Source: Prevotella sp.
GTDB lineage: Bacteria; Bacteroidota; Bacteroidia; Bacteroidales; Dysgonomonadaceae
Assembly: GCA_031285625.1 (NCBI GenBank)
Contig: JAITVV010000070.1
Coordinates: 41,532-105,531, forward strand
Direction: 5' to 3'
Length of the DNA: 64,000 nt
Shown: piece after piece, positions 1-10,424 of the stretch
Layout: each line of letters opens with the position of its first letter
How positions within the stretch are numbered: the first letter of the stretch is position 1
Program-made: the position numbers and the translations under genes
Notes under the pieces: model-generated
Databases searched by the model: none
What the model saw: the letters and a program-made list of their open reading frames with translations, nothing else
Told to the model about the DNA's origin: nothing

Positions 1-1586
1 GCTTCGCGAACAATATTGTACTGGTCTTCACCAGATTCATCTTTTCCCAGATATTGTTTTATTCCGAACGTTTTATATCGTAATGCTTTATTTGCATGAT
101 AATAATCGAACGAAAAATGTCCTTTTACCGACAAGCCTTTTGTTATCAGGCGCGACAAATCCCATGTAAGTCCGGCTGTAGACTGTATAGTCGTCAAACG
201 TTCGTCGGAATACCCGGTCTCGGTAGACTGCCCCCATGGATTGGAACCGATATAGGTAGGTATGCCTGCTATACTGCCGTCGGGATTGGTTTTAGGGAAA
301 ATGATAGGGCCTGTATCGCGCAAACCGTCGAAGATACCGGCAGCACCAGCACCAGGATAAGTACGGTCGTCAATAATACCGCCAACACCTAATTCTACGA
401 TTAAATCTCTGCTCAGGTTTATATCCACATTGGAACGATAATTGTATCGCGCTACCCCTGCATTCGTATTATGTTCATTAGCGGGATTAGTCCTATATAT
501 ACCTGTTTGATTAGAATATCCAAGGTTTACATAGTAACGTACGATTTCACTACCGCCGGTTACACTCAGGTTATTTATCGTTTGAAATGAATTCGGTTTC
601 AGAACTTCGTCTATCCAATCCACATTGGGATAGAGGTAAGGGTCGGATCCTGTGCGGAATTTCTCCAGCTCTTCGGATGTCCAGCGGGCAGGTTTGCCCA
701 CATTTGCCAATCCCTCGTTCATTAATGAGGCATATTGGTAACCGTCTATATAATTCCTTTGAGACAAGCTAGTAAGAATAGCCATCTCTGTACGGAACGA
801 AACCTGAGGTTTTCCTTGTTTACCTCTCTTGGTGGTAATCAAGATAACCCCATTGGCCCCTTTTACCCCATACACAGCTGTCGCTGAGGCATCTTTAAGC
901 ACTGATAAGCTTTCTACCTCGTCCGGGTTGACAGTACCTATAGAACGTTCTATACCATCTACCAATACCAACGGATTTTTTGCACCCCATGTTGCCATAC
1001 CGCGGATATATATATTTGCAGCATCAAATCCCGGTTCACCGGATGTTTGTCGGGTAATAATCCCCGGCATACGCCCCGACAGGGCATTGGGTAATGAAGT
1101 AGTTGCAGTTCGTTTAATTTCGGCGGGCGCAATATTCGAAATCGAGCCAACAACACTCACTTTCTTTTGGGTACCATAACCCACTACAACCACCTCATCC
1201 ATCAGATTCTGGTCGCTGCTCATTGTTATGTTTATTTCTGTTCTTCCTCTTAATGGTTCTTCCGTCGTTACCAATCCGACATAGCTGTAAACTATTATTG
1301 CATCGGTAGGCACATCAAACGAATATCGTCCTTCAGCATCGGTAAAAGTACCTACAACGGTACCTTTCACCGTTACGGTCACTCCAGGTAGAATGTCTCC
1401 TAAGTCATCCTTTACAATCCCGGATACTTTTATTTTACCTCCATCATTATTCTGAGCATTTACCATTACAGGCAATAATGCCAACGAAAATATGATGCAG
1501 AATATCACTTTATGCAGATCGTGCATCTTCCATCTTCCAATAAGTACATTGGTTCCGGACTTTCTGTGAGTAGTTCGTTTTTTCAT
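1..1586 (-). CDS. susC: SusC/RagA-family TonB-dependent outer-membrane transporter, N-terminal part; runs off the window edge
   Basis: Not in the ORF track. My minus-strand translation from the ATG at 1586 gives MKKRTTH..., then DEVVVVGYGTQKKVSVVGSIS, PLVLVDGIER and SVLKDASATAVYGVKGANGVILITTKRG, which are SusC plug signatures. Confidence 0.93.
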   Translation of the reverse strand, partial: MKKRTTHRKSGTNVLIGRWKMHDLHKVIFCIIFSLALLPVMVNAQNNDGGKIKVSGIVKDDLGDILPGVTVTVKGTVVGTFTDAEGRYSFDVPTDAIIVYSYVGLVTTEEPLRGRTEINITMSSDQNLMDEVVVVGYGTQKKVSVVGSISNIAPAEIKRTATTSLPNALSGRMPGIITRQTSGEPGFDAANIYIRGMATWGAKNPLVLVDGIERSIGTVNPDEVESLSVLKDASATAVYGVKGANGVILITTKRGKQGKPQVSFRTEMAILTSLSQRNYIDGYQYASLMNEGLANVGKPARWTSEELEKFRTGSDPYLYPNVDWIDEVLKPNSFQTINNLSVTGGSEIVRYYVNLGYSNQTGIYRTNPANEHNTNAGVARYNYRSNVDINLSRDLIVELGVGGIIDDRTYPGAGAAGIFDGLRDTGPIIFPKTNPDGSIAGIPTYIGSNPWGQSTETGYSDERLTTIQSTAGLTWDLSRLITKGLSVKGHFSFDYYHANKALRYKTFGIKQYLGKDESGEDQYNIVRE

Positions 1587-2169
1587 AGATTTTGGTTTTT
1601 ATACAATGTATTTTTTAATAGATTATAGTTTATTAATTTCTAAACGCAGAGTTGAGTATATCGGATAACTTATCTGGGCTTCATTGTATTACTTTAAATC
1701 AGGGGTAGGATTTGGGTAAAACAATTGTGAATTCCATGTATAATAGATTATGTAAATCAAAAATAAAAACTATCTGATAGTCCTATTTCTCAATTTTATA
1801 TGGTTTTTATATTTTCAAATAATTATATATAAAGTTCGTTCGTGTTTAAAAATTTGAATAACAGACATTTATTCAAATATTATTATCATGCTTTTATATA
1901 AATCAGATAGGAAAACACAAGCTTGGAAATATGCCTAATGAGTAGATCTTTAAAAAAATTAGAATAATTTTTTGATTCAAAAAATATATGAAGGGAATCA
2001 ACTTGTTAAAAAAGGGCTTTAATTTGCAACAATATTAAAAACACAAAAAATAGTATCACAGATTTTTTTAATTAAGAATATTATTCCTTATATTTAGATG
2101 TAATCCCAGATAATCTATTAGAGTTTAATAGATATTCTTATAATGAAGACACGTATATCTAACAGTACT

Positions 2170-3078
2170 ATGAAAGCACCAAAAATTGTCGTAATCGGTA
2201 GTTCCAACACCGATATGATTGTAAAAGCAAAGCAGCTGCCTGTTCCCGGAGAAACTATTTTAGGGGAGAATTTCATTATAAACCCCGGAGGTAAAGGTGC
2301 CAATCAGGCTATAGCTGCCAAAAGATTGGGGGGAGATATTACCTTTATAACTAAAGTGGGCAATGATCTTTTTGGGATGCAGGCGTTTGAAATTTATCGT
2401 TCAGAATATATAAATACCGGTTATGTATTTAAGGACCCGGATAATCCATCAGGTGTTGCACTTATCTCTGTAGATTCGATGGGCGAAAATTGTATAATCG
2501 TTGCCGGGGGATCAAACATGCGACTTTCACCGGAAGATATAGATAAAGCTGAAGAAGCTATTAAAGAATGTGACTTGGTTCTGATACAACTGGAGATTCC
2601 ATTGGAAACTGTGGAATACGCTGTAGATCTGGCTCATCGCCATGGTAAAAAGGTTATATTGAACCCTGCACCTGCAACATCTTTAAGTAATGACCTATTA
2701 AAAAAGTTGTATGCCATTCTTCCTAATAGAATAGAGGCACAGATGCTTTCGGGAATCCAGGTTACAGATGAAAAATCAGCTTATGAAGCCTCTCATGCTA
2801 TAAGCAAAAAAGGAATTGATAATGTAGTGATTACACTCGGTAAAGCAGGTGCGTTTGTGAAAGAGGATGATAACTATCGGATGATACCTGCAAAAGAAGT
2901 TGAAACAATTGATACAACCGGGGCAGGAGATGTTTTCTGTGGCGCTATCAGCGTATATTTATCTGAAGGATATTCATTAATGGATTCTGTAGCATTTGCA
3001 AATATGGCTGCATCAATATCTGTAACCAGAATAGGTGCGCAAAGTGCGATTCCTTTCAGACGGGAAGTATTTTTATAA
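2170..3078 (+). CDS. rbsK: Ribokinase (PfkB family), copy 1
   Basis: Motifs IVVIGSSNTD, PGGKGANQA, LNPAPA and DTTGAGDVF. The track ORF starts at 2143; the ATG at 2170 (MKAPKIVVIG) aligns with the start of copy 2. Confidence 0.9.
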   Translation: MKAPKIVVIGSSNTDMIVKAKQLPVPGETILGENFIINPGGKGANQAIAAKRLGGDITFITKVGNDLFGMQAFEIYRSEYINTGYVFKDPDNPSGVALISVDSMGENCIIVAGGSNMRLSPEDIDKAEEAIKECDLVLIQLEIPLETVEYAVDLAHRHGKKVILNPAPATSLSNDLLKKLYAILPNRIEAQMLSGIQVTDEKSAYEASHAISKKGIDNVVITLGKAGAFVKEDDNYRMIPAKEVETIDTTGAGDVFCGAISVYLSEGYSLMDSVAFANMAASISVTRIGAQSAIPFRREVFL

Positions 3079-3082
3079 AAGT

Positions 3083-4237
3083 CTATGCTGTGGGCTTTTT
3101 TATCATAAATCCGCAAAAACATAGATATAAAGCACAAATAGCAATTATAATTACCGAACCTGTTTGGCTACCTATCAGTCCGGTACATTTAGCCATCAAA
3201 GGAGAGGTAACTGCTCCTCCTGCAACACCAGTAAGTAATAATCCTGAAATCTCATTGTTTTTTTGCGGTTCGGTTTGTAATGCAATTGAAAAAAGAATGG
3301 AAAAGACACAAGAACATGTAAAGGCAATAATGACTACCAAGGCTATTATAGAAAAATAAGAATCAGCAAATAGTAAACCGGTAACAGCCAATATAGCGAT
3401 GATTATATTGATACGGTAATATTTTATTTCGGATACCCGGACTAACAAAAACATACCTAAAAACGATCCGAGACTTCTTGCTCCAAAATACCAACTGGTA
3501 CCATACCCTGCCACCTCTTTATTTAGCCCAACTCTTTCCATCAAAATTTTAGGCGTTGCAATGTTCATTCCTACATCCAGCCCTACGATGCATAATATTC
3601 CCAGAAAGAGAAGTATGATTTTTTTATTCTTTAATAATTGCAATGATGGACCGATAGAGGTAACTTGTTCTTGAACAACTTCTTTATCAATCTGTGTGAA
3701 ATAGAGCCAGACAAAAGAGATTAAAGAAATAACAGCATATACAGGGAATAATATTTCCCAAGTGCCGAACTTTAAAGAAAAAAATCCGGCTAGCAAAGGT
3801 CCCATAAATGCTGAAAGTGCTTTTATCAACTGACCCGCTGTTAGTGTACTTGTAAGCATCTTACCCTGAACAATATTCGATAGCAAAGGATTTAATGATA
3901 CCTGCATAAAAGTATTTCCGATACCCAGCATAGCAAAGGCTATATAACATGTAACTGGTGTAAAACGGACAAAGGGAATCACCATACCAATAAAAGTAAC
4001 TACCATACTGATAAGTACAATGTTCTTACGTCCTATTTTATTCATAAATATGGCTGTTGGAATAGAAAAAATCAGGAACCAGAAGAAAACCATGGTTGGT
4101 AAAAATCCGGCCTGTGTCTCTGTCCAATCAAACTGTACTTTTGCATACGTAACCGATATTCCAATGATGTCGGCAAAGCCCATTACAAAAAAGCCAAAAA
4201 GCAACGGTATAAGTTTTACAGTAGTCTTGCTATCCAT
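3083..4237 (-). CDS. MFS sugar permease (FucP/GluP-like)
   Basis: 384 aa with about 12 hydrophobic segments, MFS loop MNKIGRK, and QVSLNP and GVAGGA motifs. Confidence 0.85.
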   Translation of the reverse strand: MDSKTTVKLIPLLFGFFVMGFADIIGISVTYAKVQFDWTETQAGFLPTMVFFWFLIFSIPTAIFMNKIGRKNIVLISMVVTFIGMVIPFVRFTPVTCYIAFAMLGIGNTFMQVSLNPLLSNIVQGKMLTSTLTAGQLIKALSAFMGPLLAGFFSLKFGTWEILFPVYAVISLISFVWLYFTQIDKEVVQEQVTSIGPSLQLLKNKKIILLFLGILCIVGLDVGMNIATPKILMERVGLNKEVAGYGTSWYFGARSLGSFLGMFLLVRVSEIKYYRINIIIAILAVTGLLFADSYFSIIALVVIIAFTCSCVFSILFSIALQTEPQKNNEISGLLLTGVAGGAVTSPLMAKCTGLIGSQTGSVIIIAICALYLCFCGFMIKKPTA

Positions 4238-4251
4238 TATAATTAAAGGTA

Positions 4252-4956
4252 TTATTTCCGTTTTTTTCTATATATGCACATCTCCAATTCGCAAAGCTGA
4301 CATCCATATGCAGTATATTTTACATTTTTTCCACAACCAATGACTCCACTGATCGACTTCGATGGAATCATTAACGATGATGGTGTTAATTTTACACCGC
4401 AAGGATTGTCTGGAAGCATAGAAAATACCTTAGCTTGTTCGTTTGTATTCCAATTACAATAACCCGGGCTATAGCGATTTGTTATGTTCATTCCTCTTGT
4501 TTTCATTTCTTCAGAAATATGTTCCTGTATGATATCCATTGCTTTTTCTACAATAATATTTCCGAGTATATCTACGAAGTAAGCTTTAACAAGTTCATTG
4601 GTGTTGATATATTCCTTATACTGTTGGGTAATGCCATGGCCCGATGTACAGACGAAAACAATAAGTTGTTCCGCATTTCTTAATTGACGGGCAATTTTAC
4701 TTCCACAATTAAATTCTAAGCTATCCGCAGAAAATTCTTTTTTTCCGATGGATACTGTATCTAAGATTCTGTACAGAGCACTGGCTTTTGAAATGTTTTT
4801 CCCGATAGAAATTACTTCTTCCATTTCGGAAAGGAATGGTTCATAAGAAGGCACGGAAGCGTCTGACGTCTCAAAAAAATCTTCGGGATTTATTTGAAGG
4901 CGTTCATATGAAATCTCACTTTCATAAATTTCTATGCTACTAATGTTTCCAGCCAT
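4252..4956 (-). CDS. Stand-alone B12-dependent methionine synthase activation (reactivation) domain protein
   Basis: Motifs RYSPGYC, GVKLTPSSLMIPSKSISG and FVCTSG, typical of the MetH SAM-binding domain. C-terminal CQLCELEMC. Confidence 0.8.
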   Translation of the reverse strand: MAGNISSIEIYESEISYERLQINPEDFFETSDASVPSYEPFLSEMEEVISIGKNISKASALYRILDTVSIGKKEFSADSLEFNCGSKIARQLRNAEQLIVFVCTSGHGITQQYKEYINTNELVKAYFVDILGNIIVEKAMDIIQEHISEEMKTRGMNITNRYSPGYCNWNTNEQAKVFSMLPDNPCGVKLTPSSLMIPSKSISGVIGCGKNVKYTAYGCQLCELEMCIYRKKRK

Positions 4957-5603
4957 TTTACAGATTCTTGCGGATCACGGCCAAAGCCATCTGCCCCGAT
5001 CGAGGATGCATATTCGGCGCTTACGGGAGCTCCTCCTACTATGACTTTTGTTTGAGGTGATATTTCTTTGATTTTCTGAATAGCAGGGCCCATATTACTC
5101 ATAGTGGTTGTTAACAGAGCAGAGATTCCAATAACGGCATCAGGATATTTTTGCAGTGTATCAATAAACTTCTCACTGGAAACATCTACACCAAGGTCGA
5201 TAACTTCCCATCCTGCACCCTCAATCATCATTCCGCATAAGTTTTTACCAATGTCGTGAAGGTCTCCCAGGATTGTCCCTAGAATGAAAGTTCCTTTACG
5301 CTTCACCTCTCCTGATACGAAATAAGGTTTAAGATGTGCCATAGAGGCATTCATCGCTCTTGCAGATATTAGCATCTGAGGAACGAAAATTTTATTCTCA
5401 GTGAAACGTTGTCCTACAATATCCATTCCCGGCACTAAGGCCTCATTCATAATATCAGACGGACTGATTCCTGTATCTAAAGCCTCTTTTGTCAGTTCGT
5501 CGGCACCAGGCATCCCTTTCATTTCGGGAGGAAAAGGAGTTGCTGCATTGATCTTTCCGGCTACAATGCAACTTTTCAATTGGTTTAATATTTCATTATT
5601 CAT
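4932..5603 (-). CDS. Corrinoid (cobalamin-binding) methyltransferase protein, MtaC/MtbC-like
   Basis: B12 motif GDLHDIGKN (DxHxxG), VIDLGVDV, ISALLTTTM and IVGGAP, plus an N-terminal helical cap domain (FVPQML). Confidence 0.93.
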   Translation of the reverse strand: MNNEILNQLKSCIVAGKINAATPFPPEMKGMPGADELTKEALDTGISPSDIMNEALVPGMDIVGQRFTENKIFVPQMLISARAMNASMAHLKPYFVSGEVKRKGTFILGTILGDLHDIGKNLCGMMIEGAGWEVIDLGVDVSSEKFIDTLQKYPDAVIGISALLTTTMSNMGPAIQKIKEISPQTKVIVGGAPVSAEYASSIGADGFGRDPQESVKWLETLVA

Positions 5604-5625
5604 ATCATTCTGTTTTTGTTAGTTC

Positions 5626-6687
5626 TTATTGTCTTTCTCTTCTTCTTATTTCTTTTACAGCATCGGTCATTGCTTTAAAACCTTCAATACTCATATAGTC
5701 AGGAATCGAATTGCCGGATCCCAACCCATATCCATTTGCGTTTTTCCTGAAGCGTACACCGTCCTCTAATACTTTCTCGAAAACAACATCATAAGGATTA
5801 AGAATCAGGTAATTCATATCGAATCCACCAAAGAGGCCTATTTGATCAGAATATTTTTCAATCCATGTATCAAAAGGACAAATCTGATCTTCATTAGAAT
5901 GTTTGGCATCGATACCAAGTGCAAGGATATCGGGCATAATTTCGAAAATATTACCACAACAATGCAGGAGAAACTTTTTATTCACACTGTGGGCAACATC
6001 AACTACCCGTTTGTGTTGGGGCAGAACGAACTTCCTGAATGTATCAGGTTCGAGCATAGTAGCAGTTTTATGCCCCATATCGTCACCCATTCTGTAAAAG
6101 ACAAAAATGTCATCATACTCTTTTACCATCTTAGACCATAGTTCAACAAACAAATCTCCGATCCGAATAAAAAGATCGGCAAATAAGTCCGGATCGATAT
6201 ATTGCATTACACATAAATTCTCGTACCCTACCAGATCCTGTGATGTTTCAAATATACCATAACCACAACCACCGTACGCTTTCATCCCTTTTGGCATAAC
6301 TTTTCGTATAGCCTCTAAACGGGGAGTGTATGTCTCCCAGAATATGCGGGGGATATCTCCGAATGGATACTTATTGAAATCGTCGCGCGTTTGAATAGGT
6401 CCAAGCATTCCACCCAGAATAGCTCCATGCCCCGGTAAAATCTCGCATATAGCTGCTTCATAGCTGAAAGCATCATATCCGTGATCTTTCCAAAAACCGA
6501 TATATTTCCTGAAATAATCTTCAAGTTCAGAAGAGTTATTTGAACTGATTTCTATTTTTTCACCTAAGTATTTTGAAACAAAGGGAGCATCAATGTTGTG
6601 TTCGTACAATGGCAGATAATCTGGTCTTTGGTTGTACATCACTTTCAGTATATTTGTATAGTCCGGCTGGAATTTTTGCTGACTCAT
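5626..6687 (-). CDS. URO-D/MtaA-fold methyltransferase (MT1-like)
   Basis: Motifs GDDMG, LHCCGN, FGGFD and LGSGNSIP; adjacent to the corrinoid gene. Confidence 0.8.
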   Translation of the reverse strand: MSQQKFQPDYTNILKVMYNQRPDYLPLYEHNIDAPFVSKYLGEKIEISSNNSSELEDYFRKYIGFWKDHGYDAFSYEAAICEILPGHGAILGGMLGPIQTRDDFNKYPFGDIPRIFWETYTPRLEAIRKVMPKGMKAYGGCGYGIFETSQDLVGYENLCVMQYIDPDLFADLFIRIGDLFVELWSKMVKEYDDIFVFYRMGDDMGHKTATMLEPDTFRKFVLPQHKRVVDVAHSVNKKFLLHCCGNIFEIMPDILALGIDAKHSNEDQICPFDTWIEKYSDQIGLFGGFDMNYLILNPYDVVFEKVLEDGVRFRKNANGYGLGSGNSIPDYMSIEGFKAMTDAVKEIRRRERQ

Positions 6688-6738
6688 TATGATAAAATAT
6701 TAGTGTATTAATTAAGGTCACAGACCTATTTATTACTT

Positions 6739-7743
6739 TTACCTACTATGTGATTGGTTGTACTTCTTCACTGCATCAAAAAAAGCCAAAATATTTTCTT
6801 CAGGAATAAAAGGTGGAATGTCACACCCCGATGAAATAACAAAGTTTTTGTATAAGGATGTTTTCTCCAGTAATTCACTTGTGATACTTTGTACCTGCTC
6901 TCTGGAACCTTGTTTGAAAGTTACTACCGGGTCGATATTACCCATAACCAAAATATCGGAAGGACATTCTTTCAGCACCTGTAATATGTCTATTTTATTA
7001 CCAAAATGAAGTGCCTTCGCTCCACTTTTTATCATAGCATCCGTACATTGGCCTGTATTTCCGCAATTATGCAGAATAACCATGAAGTCTTCGTCTTGTA
7101 CCGCTTCTACGATTTTTTTTACAAATTCGGTGGAATAAGCCTGACAATCGTCATTTTGTAAAAGACCGGCTGCCGGTTCGGCTATTATTACCCCTGCTGT
7201 ACCTGTATCTTTCAGTGTCTGGCAATATTGAATAAGGAAAGATGTGCATTTTTCCAAAAGTAACAGTATTGTTTCAGGTTCGAGATAAATTGCCATCATT
7301 ATTTCCGACATATCGAATAACCTTCCTGCAAGCGAGTATGGCCCTATACAGCCCGACAAAACAGGTTTGTCCTTTATGTTTTCGGCGGCTAGCTTATTTG
7401 CCGAGAGATATGCAGGGATCCTGGCTGCTGAAAGTCCGGGTACCTGAAGATTCTCTACATCATTCATATTTGCCACTAAGCGGCCTATGACAGATGGAAC
7501 GTCGTCCTCAGGAAAAATAATTTCGGCACCGAATGCCTCTGCTTCAACAGTCAGATCCATTATAACTGTACATGCCGATGAATCATATTTCTCCGAAAGT
7601 GCTTTTATGGCTTTGTAATGTACGGTTCCATCCGTTACTGCATTCTTTACACTTTCTCCGATTATTTCCATCCCGGGATTTGTCATTATGGGTATAGCTA
7701 ACCGTGCCGTACTTTCTATTATATCATTTACGGATAATTTCAT
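6739..7743 (-). CDS. MtaA/CmuA-family methylcobamide:acceptor methyltransferase (URO-D fold)
   Basis: Motifs MDLTVEAEAFGA, GPYSLA, IAEPAAG, the Zn motif LHNCG...SSGCD, and MGNIDP. Confidence 0.85.
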   Translation of the reverse strand: MKLSVNDIIESTARLAIPIMTNPGMEIIGESVKNAVTDGTVHYKAIKALSEKYDSSACTVIMDLTVEAEAFGAEIIFPEDDVPSVIGRLVANMNDVENLQVPGLSAARIPAYLSANKLAAENIKDKPVLSGCIGPYSLAGRLFDMSEIMMAIYLEPETILLLLEKCTSFLIQYCQTLKDTGTAGVIIAEPAAGLLQNDDCQAYSTEFVKKIVEAVQDEDFMVILHNCGNTGQCTDAMIKSGAKALHFGNKIDILQVLKECPSDILVMGNIDPVVTFKQGSREQVQSITSELLEKTSLYKNFVISSGCDIPPFIPEENILAFFDAVKKYNQSHSR

Positions 7744-7778
7744 ATATAATCTATTTTATTATGGTTTCAGGTTGTTTA

Positions 7779-7820
7779 AAGAAGTTTTGCAATTTATTGC
7801 GGTTCATTGCAAAACTTCTT
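7779..7820. terminator. Intra-operon stem-loop (terminator or mRNA stabiliser)
   Basis: Perfect 15-bp inverted repeat aagaagttttgcaat / attgcaaaacttctt with a 12-nt loop. Confidence 0.6.
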
Positions 7821-7828
7821 ATGGTCAA

Positions 7829-10381
7829 TTAATAACTACCTGTTAACCTCTGAGGAGTATTCAAATATTTATTTACAATAGCATCTTCCCTTGCTTTAGG
7901 ATTATTCATAATTGGCATAGGGATGTAATATGAATCGGTAATATCCCTTACTTTTTCTACCGATGGTTTTCCTTTGTCGAAGGTCAGGTCAAATTCAAAA
8001 GTCATTTCACCTGGTGAGTCTACACAGAAGTTAACCACCCATAAATTATTATATAACATGCCGAATAATTCATTCACATTTTCAGGTGCATTTTGCAATT
8101 TTTTACCCATGCTATGTCCGCCAAAGTTGACTATTGGAATATCACCCGACGACCAGATACGTGTACCGTCCTGTGAGTCATATTTTACCCAGCTATCTAT
8201 TACAAAGAAGTCTTTACATGAGTTCGGAATCTGGTCTTTATATAATTCGTAAGGCATACCACCATTTGTTGCAACAGGTTGCTTGCATCCTTTTGGGAAA
8301 GGGAACCTGGCATAAAATACTTCCGGTGCGATAGAAGAAATCCTGTCAAAGAAAACATTTACTTTTGCCCGTGGTATTTCCTTAAATATTTCAACTTCCC
8401 TGCGCATGCTTTTCAGTCGTGGATGTTCCATATCCTGAGAAATAATCCATGAATACGGTGTTTCCCTTACCTTGGCTTTATTTTGGGGTTTAGCCCAATT
8501 GATTTCTGTTATATCTTCCCATTTTTTGAGCCGCTTCTCGTCTTCCCAATGCATATAAACATCACCTTGCGAGTAGCGATCCATATCATTTACATTGACT
8601 ACCATAAAGTCTGCCAGTCCTTCTGTAAAGAGAGGTTCGTCCATACCTTTCCATTTCGCAGAAGTTATCCAGTTGTTCTTATCGAATGTAAGTTCAGGCA
8701 AATCAGTTTTTACTTCTGTTGCTTTTACTTCAGATGTTTCCAGCATAAAGTGGGTATATGAATTAGCAGGCATATTATTTATCCAGAACCATGCCTGAGT
8801 GCCGCCCGGAACGGCTTCGCGGCTTGTATTTAAGTTCTCATCCACTACCCAACGCCAAACATAATCGCCTTCTTTGAATAAAGGATATGTTTCATTGGTT
8901 TTTACATCTCGTACCGATTTGTAGTCCACTTCCCTGAAACCAACTACATCCAGTTTTACCCAGCCTGTATAAGAAGCATTGGATACATTTGAAACATACA
9001 GGCCTTCGTCCATATCGGTAAATTTATTACGAACTAACTGGCCCAGTAAGTATTTACTCCTTTCCCATGGACGATAGGCAAAACTGCCTTTTTCGTTCAA
9101 TTGTCCCAGGGTATATAAACTGTAAGGGTAATCAGATGTTTCGTTAGAACCATATGTATGTTCAAAATAACGGCATAATAAACGGTTGATATCTTTCAAT
9201 TCTGTTTTAGCTCCATCATTCAATGTGCCCCATAACGGCGATTTTATGGCTTTGGTATTATATACTCCACGACGGGCCACTTGCATTTCGCGTGGCATGG
9301 ATGCACCTCCAAACGCCCACCAGTCCTGCCATTCACCTTCATAGGTTTCCAATTTGTCTCCAACTTCTTTTTCGATATTCTTCATGGCTTCGCCTGCTGT
9401 TTTCATTCTAAGCACCGGCTTAAGTCCCATTTCATTCCATTTGTTGATAAATGTAAGTAGCTGAGGCATAGGGCCATCATTATCGCATCGCCATTCGTTA
9501 GTAAATGTCAGCGTAAGGAATGGATAGTCATAACCTTTATCACGCAAATCCTTCAGCCTTTTGATACATACTTCGTGCGATTCACGCATCGATGCTTCGT
9601 CGGTAAGAAGTATATTTCCGTTTCGTGGCCATGTTGTTTGTGTATTGGCATATTCACGTTGCTGTAAACGCCACTCACGTTCGGCAAAAAAGAGGTAACC
9701 TTGCCAGTATGGATATCCAGACCAAACCAATAGTTTACGGCTATCAGGCATTTTCCACCAGAATGCGCCTGGCTGCTCTACCGGAGAACCTCCCCAATGC
9801 TGATTGATTCCCATCCACACATAGTTTATATCCCTGTCCAGCAGTTTTGTTGCTGCTATGCGGGGAAAACCATTTACATCATGTTGCATTCCCACTTTTA
9901 TATCCAGCTGGGTACGTATTTCTTCAGGTATCCAGTTCAGCATCTCATCCCATTGCTCCGAACTGGCATAAGGATGTATATGGAAAGGCATGGCATTGAT
10001 ACCGATCTGCTTATTTTTTATCATTTTCAGCATATCATTTCTACGCTTTTCAGTAGTCTCTACCCACCAAGAATAAAATGGGTCGAGTGCTTCAACTGTC
10101 CATACAAAACGACTTTCAGGTTTTTCGTTTTGTGACTGTAAGGCTAAATCCAAAGCTACATCTATAAACCTTTTATGCAAGTCGATATCAACAAGCGCAT
10201 GATCGGTATAACCATAGTCGGTATGTGTTACATGCACAATATCTATGTATTTAAAATCCAGAGTATCTTTTCCTTCAATGCTGCTATCGCTTTCGGCTAT
10301 ATTCTCAGTTTTAGTGTTACAACTGAAGAATAGAAATAGAAATAATAAGCCGCTCAGCAGTTTACTAATAGTAGATTTCAT
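7829..10381 (-). CDS. GH38-like glycoside hydrolase, lipoprotein
   Basis: Lipobox LFFSC; N-terminal HVTHTDYGY (GH38-type HxD metal motif), MQHDVNG, DNDGP and GEWQDWW. Confidence 0.65.
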   Translation of the reverse strand: MKSTISKLLSGLLFLFLFFSCNTKTENIAESDSSIEGKDTLDFKYIDIVHVTHTDYGYTDHALVDIDLHKRFIDVALDLALQSQNEKPESRFVWTVEALDPFYSWWVETTEKRRNDMLKMIKNKQIGINAMPFHIHPYASSEQWDEMLNWIPEEIRTQLDIKVGMQHDVNGFPRIAATKLLDRDINYVWMGINQHWGGSPVEQPGAFWWKMPDSRKLLVWSGYPYWQGYLFFAEREWRLQQREYANTQTTWPRNGNILLTDEASMRESHEVCIKRLKDLRDKGYDYPFLTLTFTNEWRCDNDGPMPQLLTFINKWNEMGLKPVLRMKTAGEAMKNIEKEVGDKLETYEGEWQDWWAFGGASMPREMQVARRGVYNTKAIKSPLWGTLNDGAKTELKDINRLLCRYFEHTYGSNETSDYPYSLYTLGQLNEKGSFAYRPWERSKYLLGQLVRNKFTDMDEGLYVSNVSNASYTGWVKLDVVGFREVDYKSVRDVKTNETYPLFKEGDYVWRWVVDENLNTSREAVPGGTQAWFWINNMPANSYTHFMLETSEVKATEVKTDLPELTFDKNNWITSAKWKGMDEPLFTEGLADFMVVNVNDMDRYSQGDVYMHWEDEKRLKKWEDITEINWAKPQNKAKVRETPYSWIISQDMEHPRLKSMRREVEIFKEIPRAKVNVFFDRISSIAPEVFYARFPFPKGCKQPVATNGGMPYELYKDQIPNSCKDFFVIDSWVKYDSQDGTRIWSSGDIPIVNFGGHSMGKKLQNAPENVNELFGMLYNNLWVVNFCVDSPGEMTFEFDLTFDKGKPSVEKVRDITDSYYIPMPIMNNPKAREDAIVNKYLNTPQRLTGSY

Positions 10382-10424
10382 CGTATTTTAATTTAAGTTA
10401 TTATTAAGCTAAAATTTTCAAAAT

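Noticed and set aside
96-1179. Short ORFs 96-392, 587-772, 829-1179 and 959-1156
   Set aside because: These are antisense or off-frame shadows of the susC gene.
1587-2169. Shared operator motif among the PUL promoters (e.g. aaatttgaat)
   Set aside because: Such matches are expected by chance in such AT-rich DNA.
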